A stretch of DNA of 48,720 nt from a virus. Taxonomy: Duplodnaviria; Caudoviricetes. Where the stretch lies: IMG/VR virus record IMGVR_UViG_3300027255_000007, positions 1-48,720 of that record; one strand, given 5' to 3'. The notes under the pieces were generated by a model. It searched no databases. It was not told the DNA's origin and saw only the letters and a list, made by a program, of their open reading frames with translations. The position numbers were made by a program, and so were the translations under genes. Below are positions 46,795 to 48,720 of the stretch, in pieces (within the stretch, counting starts at the first letter, position 1; each line of letters begins with the position of its first letter).

Positions 46795-47197
46795 GCGTAG
46801 AACTATCTACCTTGCAGGTCCAATGGAGCATGTATCTTCTGATGCTGCTTCTGGTTGGCGTAACACTGCTAAATCTCTGCTAAAAGATCACTATGATATC
46901 CTCGATCCATGTCGTAGACTACATAACTTCGAAAAGCGTTACATGAAACGTATCTTCGAGTTAGACCTACGAGATATTCGGGAAGCAGATATCTTATTAG
47001 TAAACCTTAATGACCCTAAACTAGCTAAACACGGTACTGCTATGGAAGTATTCTATGCCTCACATACACTAGGTAAACCTGTTGTAGCTTTCAAAGCTGA
47101 GGATGATCATATCCATCCTTTCTTTGAGTCATTAATTACTGAATGGCGATCTACCGTAGATAAAGCTTGTGAAACACTTATTGAGGAATACCTATGA
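46787..47197 (+). CDS. Nucleoside 2-deoxyribosyltransferase / nucleotide N-glycosidase-like protein
   Basis: IYLAGPM..WR, D...I.EADILL and GTAMEV.YA...KPV motifs. Confidence 0.85.
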   Translation: MIKRRTIYLAGPMEHVSSDAASGWRNTAKSLLKDHYDILDPCRRLHNFEKRYMKRIFELDLRDIREADILLVNLNDPKLAKHGTAMEVFYASHTLGKPVVAFKAEDDHIHPFFESLITEWRSTVDKACETLIEEYL

Positions 47198-47280
47198 AAG
47201 TATTGATAGTAGTACTGTCGTTAATATCATTAAAAATGATGCTTGCAATAATCTTCTCTAAAAAGAAACTAAAACTTTAA
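47194..47280 (+). CDS. 28-aa hydrophobic peptide
   Basis: ATGA overlap; GAGG RBS; TM segment followed by a Lys tail. Confidence 0.45.
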   Translation: MKVLIVVLSLISLKMMLAIIFSKKKLKL

Positions 47281-47290
47281 AGGAAATAAA

Positions 47291-47884
47291 ATGCCTAATT
47301 GGTGTGCAAACGCAGTAGTTATTACAGCCACAGAGCATGAAAGTGCTCAAATGATTCGTAGACTTGATACCCACCTTAAAGAAGGAGGTGGTCTAATGTC
47401 TTTCTTTATTCCAATCCCGCCAGAACTAAACGATCCACGTACTGGTTCATTCGGTGGTGAAGATGCAGATGAAAAGAATGCGCTAAGAGAATCTTTGCTA
47501 GAAAAATACGGTCATTCAGGTTGGTACGACTGGTGTTTATCAAAATGGGGAACCAAGTGGGATGCTCAATCAGATGATATGTTTTTCTCTATTGATGGTG
47601 ATAGTATGGAAATCTACTTTGATACTGCTTGGAGTCCCCCGATAAAATTCTATACAGAACTCTTTGAACGTTTTAACTTTAAGGTTAATGCCACGTTTGT
47701 AGAACAAGGTGTTAACTATATCGGTTACTACGTTAACGGTGACTATCAAGAAGAAGATTTTATGTCTGATGAACTCGACTATGATGATGATGACTACTAC
47801 GAAAAGATGGATGAACGTTTAGAAAGTTACTTTGAAAATACAAACTATACTCATCCCGCAATACCAAACCACACAGGAGGTTGA
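47291..47884 (+). CDS. DUF1281/YubB ferredoxin-like protein
   Basis: MPNWC.N, WYDW...WGTKWD and FDTAWSPP motifs. Confidence 0.85.
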   Translation: MPNWCANAVVITATEHESAQMIRRLDTHLKEGGGLMSFFIPIPPELNDPRTGSFGGEDADEKNALRESLLEKYGHSGWYDWCLSKWGTKWDAQSDDMFFSIDGDSMEIYFDTAWSPPIKFYTELFERFNFKVNATFVEQGVNYIGYYVNGDYQEEDFMSDELDYDDDDYYEKMDERLESYFENTNYTHPAIPNHTGG

Positions 47885-47885
47885 T

Positions 47886-48146
47886 ATGCCTTATATCACT
47901 AAACAACAACGCTGGGATGTTAACGTTGATTACGCTCACCGTATGCCTAATGACTCGGGTGAGCTTAACTATATCCTGACTACAGTCTGCTTAGACTATC
48001 TTGCGCATAAAGGAGAACGATATGTAACTATGAACGATGTAGTCGGTGCCTTAGAGAGTTGTAAACTCGAAATGTACCGCCGATTAGTTTCACCGTATGA
48101 AGACTCTAAAGTAAAGGAAAATGGCGATGTCTACACCTCAAACTGA
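47886..48146 (+). CDS. Conserved phage protein (DUF6899-like)
   Basis: MPYI..GELNY..GALE..KLE.YRR..PYED.K..ENGDV; AGGAGG RBS. Confidence 0.75.
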   Translation: MPYITKQQRWDVNVDYAHRMPNDSGELNYILTTVCLDYLAHKGERYVTMNDVVGALESCKLEMYRRLVSPYEDSKVKENGDVYTSN

Positions 48147-48516
48147 TTTCTATGATAAAATGGCCTCTAGTAAATGGCTTAAGTCTGCTAACAAGTGGTA
48201 CAATCAACCTATTATTGAAGAGGAGGAAGAAGAGGTAATGCGTAGTATTGAATACCTTAATGAGCTTACTAAGGATCAAATCAACCCTACACACTATAAA
48301 GGTGTAGCTGCTGGTAAACAATATATTGAGTTAATGCAAGATCTTCTTGAAGGATACTCAGGAGTTGAGGCTCATTTGCTAGGTCAAATCTATAAGTACT
48401 CTATGCGACTTGGAAAGAAAGATTCCAAAGAGCAAGATGCTACTAAGATCTCTTGGTATGCACAATGCCTAGCTAACTACTATCGCACTGGTAGAGTCGA
48501 AACTGGCTGGAAATAA
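48121..48516 (+). CDS. DUF3310 (T7 gp1.7/SaV-like) protein
   Basis: INPTHY, KY..R.GKK and QD..K..WY motifs; exact start uncertain. Confidence 0.8.
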   Translation: MAMSTPQTDFYDKMASSKWLKSANKWYNQPIIEEEEEEVMRSIEYLNELTKDQINPTHYKGVAAGKQYIELMQDLLEGYSGVEAHLLGQIYKYSMRLGKKDSKEQDATKISWYAQCLANYYRTGRVETGWK

Positions 48517-48526
48517 GGAGTAAGTT

Positions 48527-48720
48527 ATGAAGGTGTTTGTGTACTTCAACCTACACAAGCGCCTCTTTAGTGTTAAATCACTTGAGGGCGCTAATAAAGG
48601 TAAGGTTATCGGTCATAGTCATTCAATCGTGCTAGGTCATACTCAGTTTAAAGTATCTGAGGCTGGTCGTCAACGAGTACTGCGTGAAAGGAAAAAGAAC
48701 GTACACGCTGGTGTAGCTGG
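48527..48720 (+). CDS. Conserved phage hypothetical protein (3'-truncated)
   Basis: TAAGGAG RBS; VYFNLHK..FS...VSEAGRQRVLRE.KKNVHA. Confidence 0.75.
   Translation, partial: MKVFVYFNLHKRLFSVKSLEGANKGKVIGHSHSIVLGHTQFKVSEAGRQRVLRERKKNVHAGVA

Noticed and set aside
1-48720. Stop-codon reassignment, introns, inteins or integrase
   Set aside because: Standard code gives dense, intact genes; nrdA, nrdB and terL look uninterrupted; no recombinase motif was seen.

Overview
Window from a tailed-phage (podovirus-type) genome with an SU10/phiEco32-like capsid-portal-adaptor set. 1-3.45 kb (+) holds the end of the nucleotide-metabolism block: nrdA with a fused glutaredoxin, nrdB, tRNA-Arg(UCU) and a Dps-like gene. 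3.5-41.1 kb (-) is one long late/structural unit: terL, portal, scaffold, capsid, adaptor, two tail fibres, lysis genes, phoH, nozzle and internal/ejection proteins. 41.2-48.7 kb (+) holds early/middle genes (SSB, NDT-like, DUF1281, DUF3310), plus a lone terS-like gene on the - strand. Three highlights. (1) The first early genes lie in a strand almost free of adenine: one A in 280 nt, and it sits in the Shine-Dalgarno. The A-less gene has a normal-composition paralog 1.7 kb downstream. (2) The last internal virion gene is a divergent T7/N4-type single-subunit RNA polymerase, next to an ejection protein with an SNase-like domain. (3) A 17-nt phage promoter motif (YGGWVCCTAATAGRRAW) occurs five times. 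All calls are by eye from motifs and synteny; no database searches were run, and base counts are manual.
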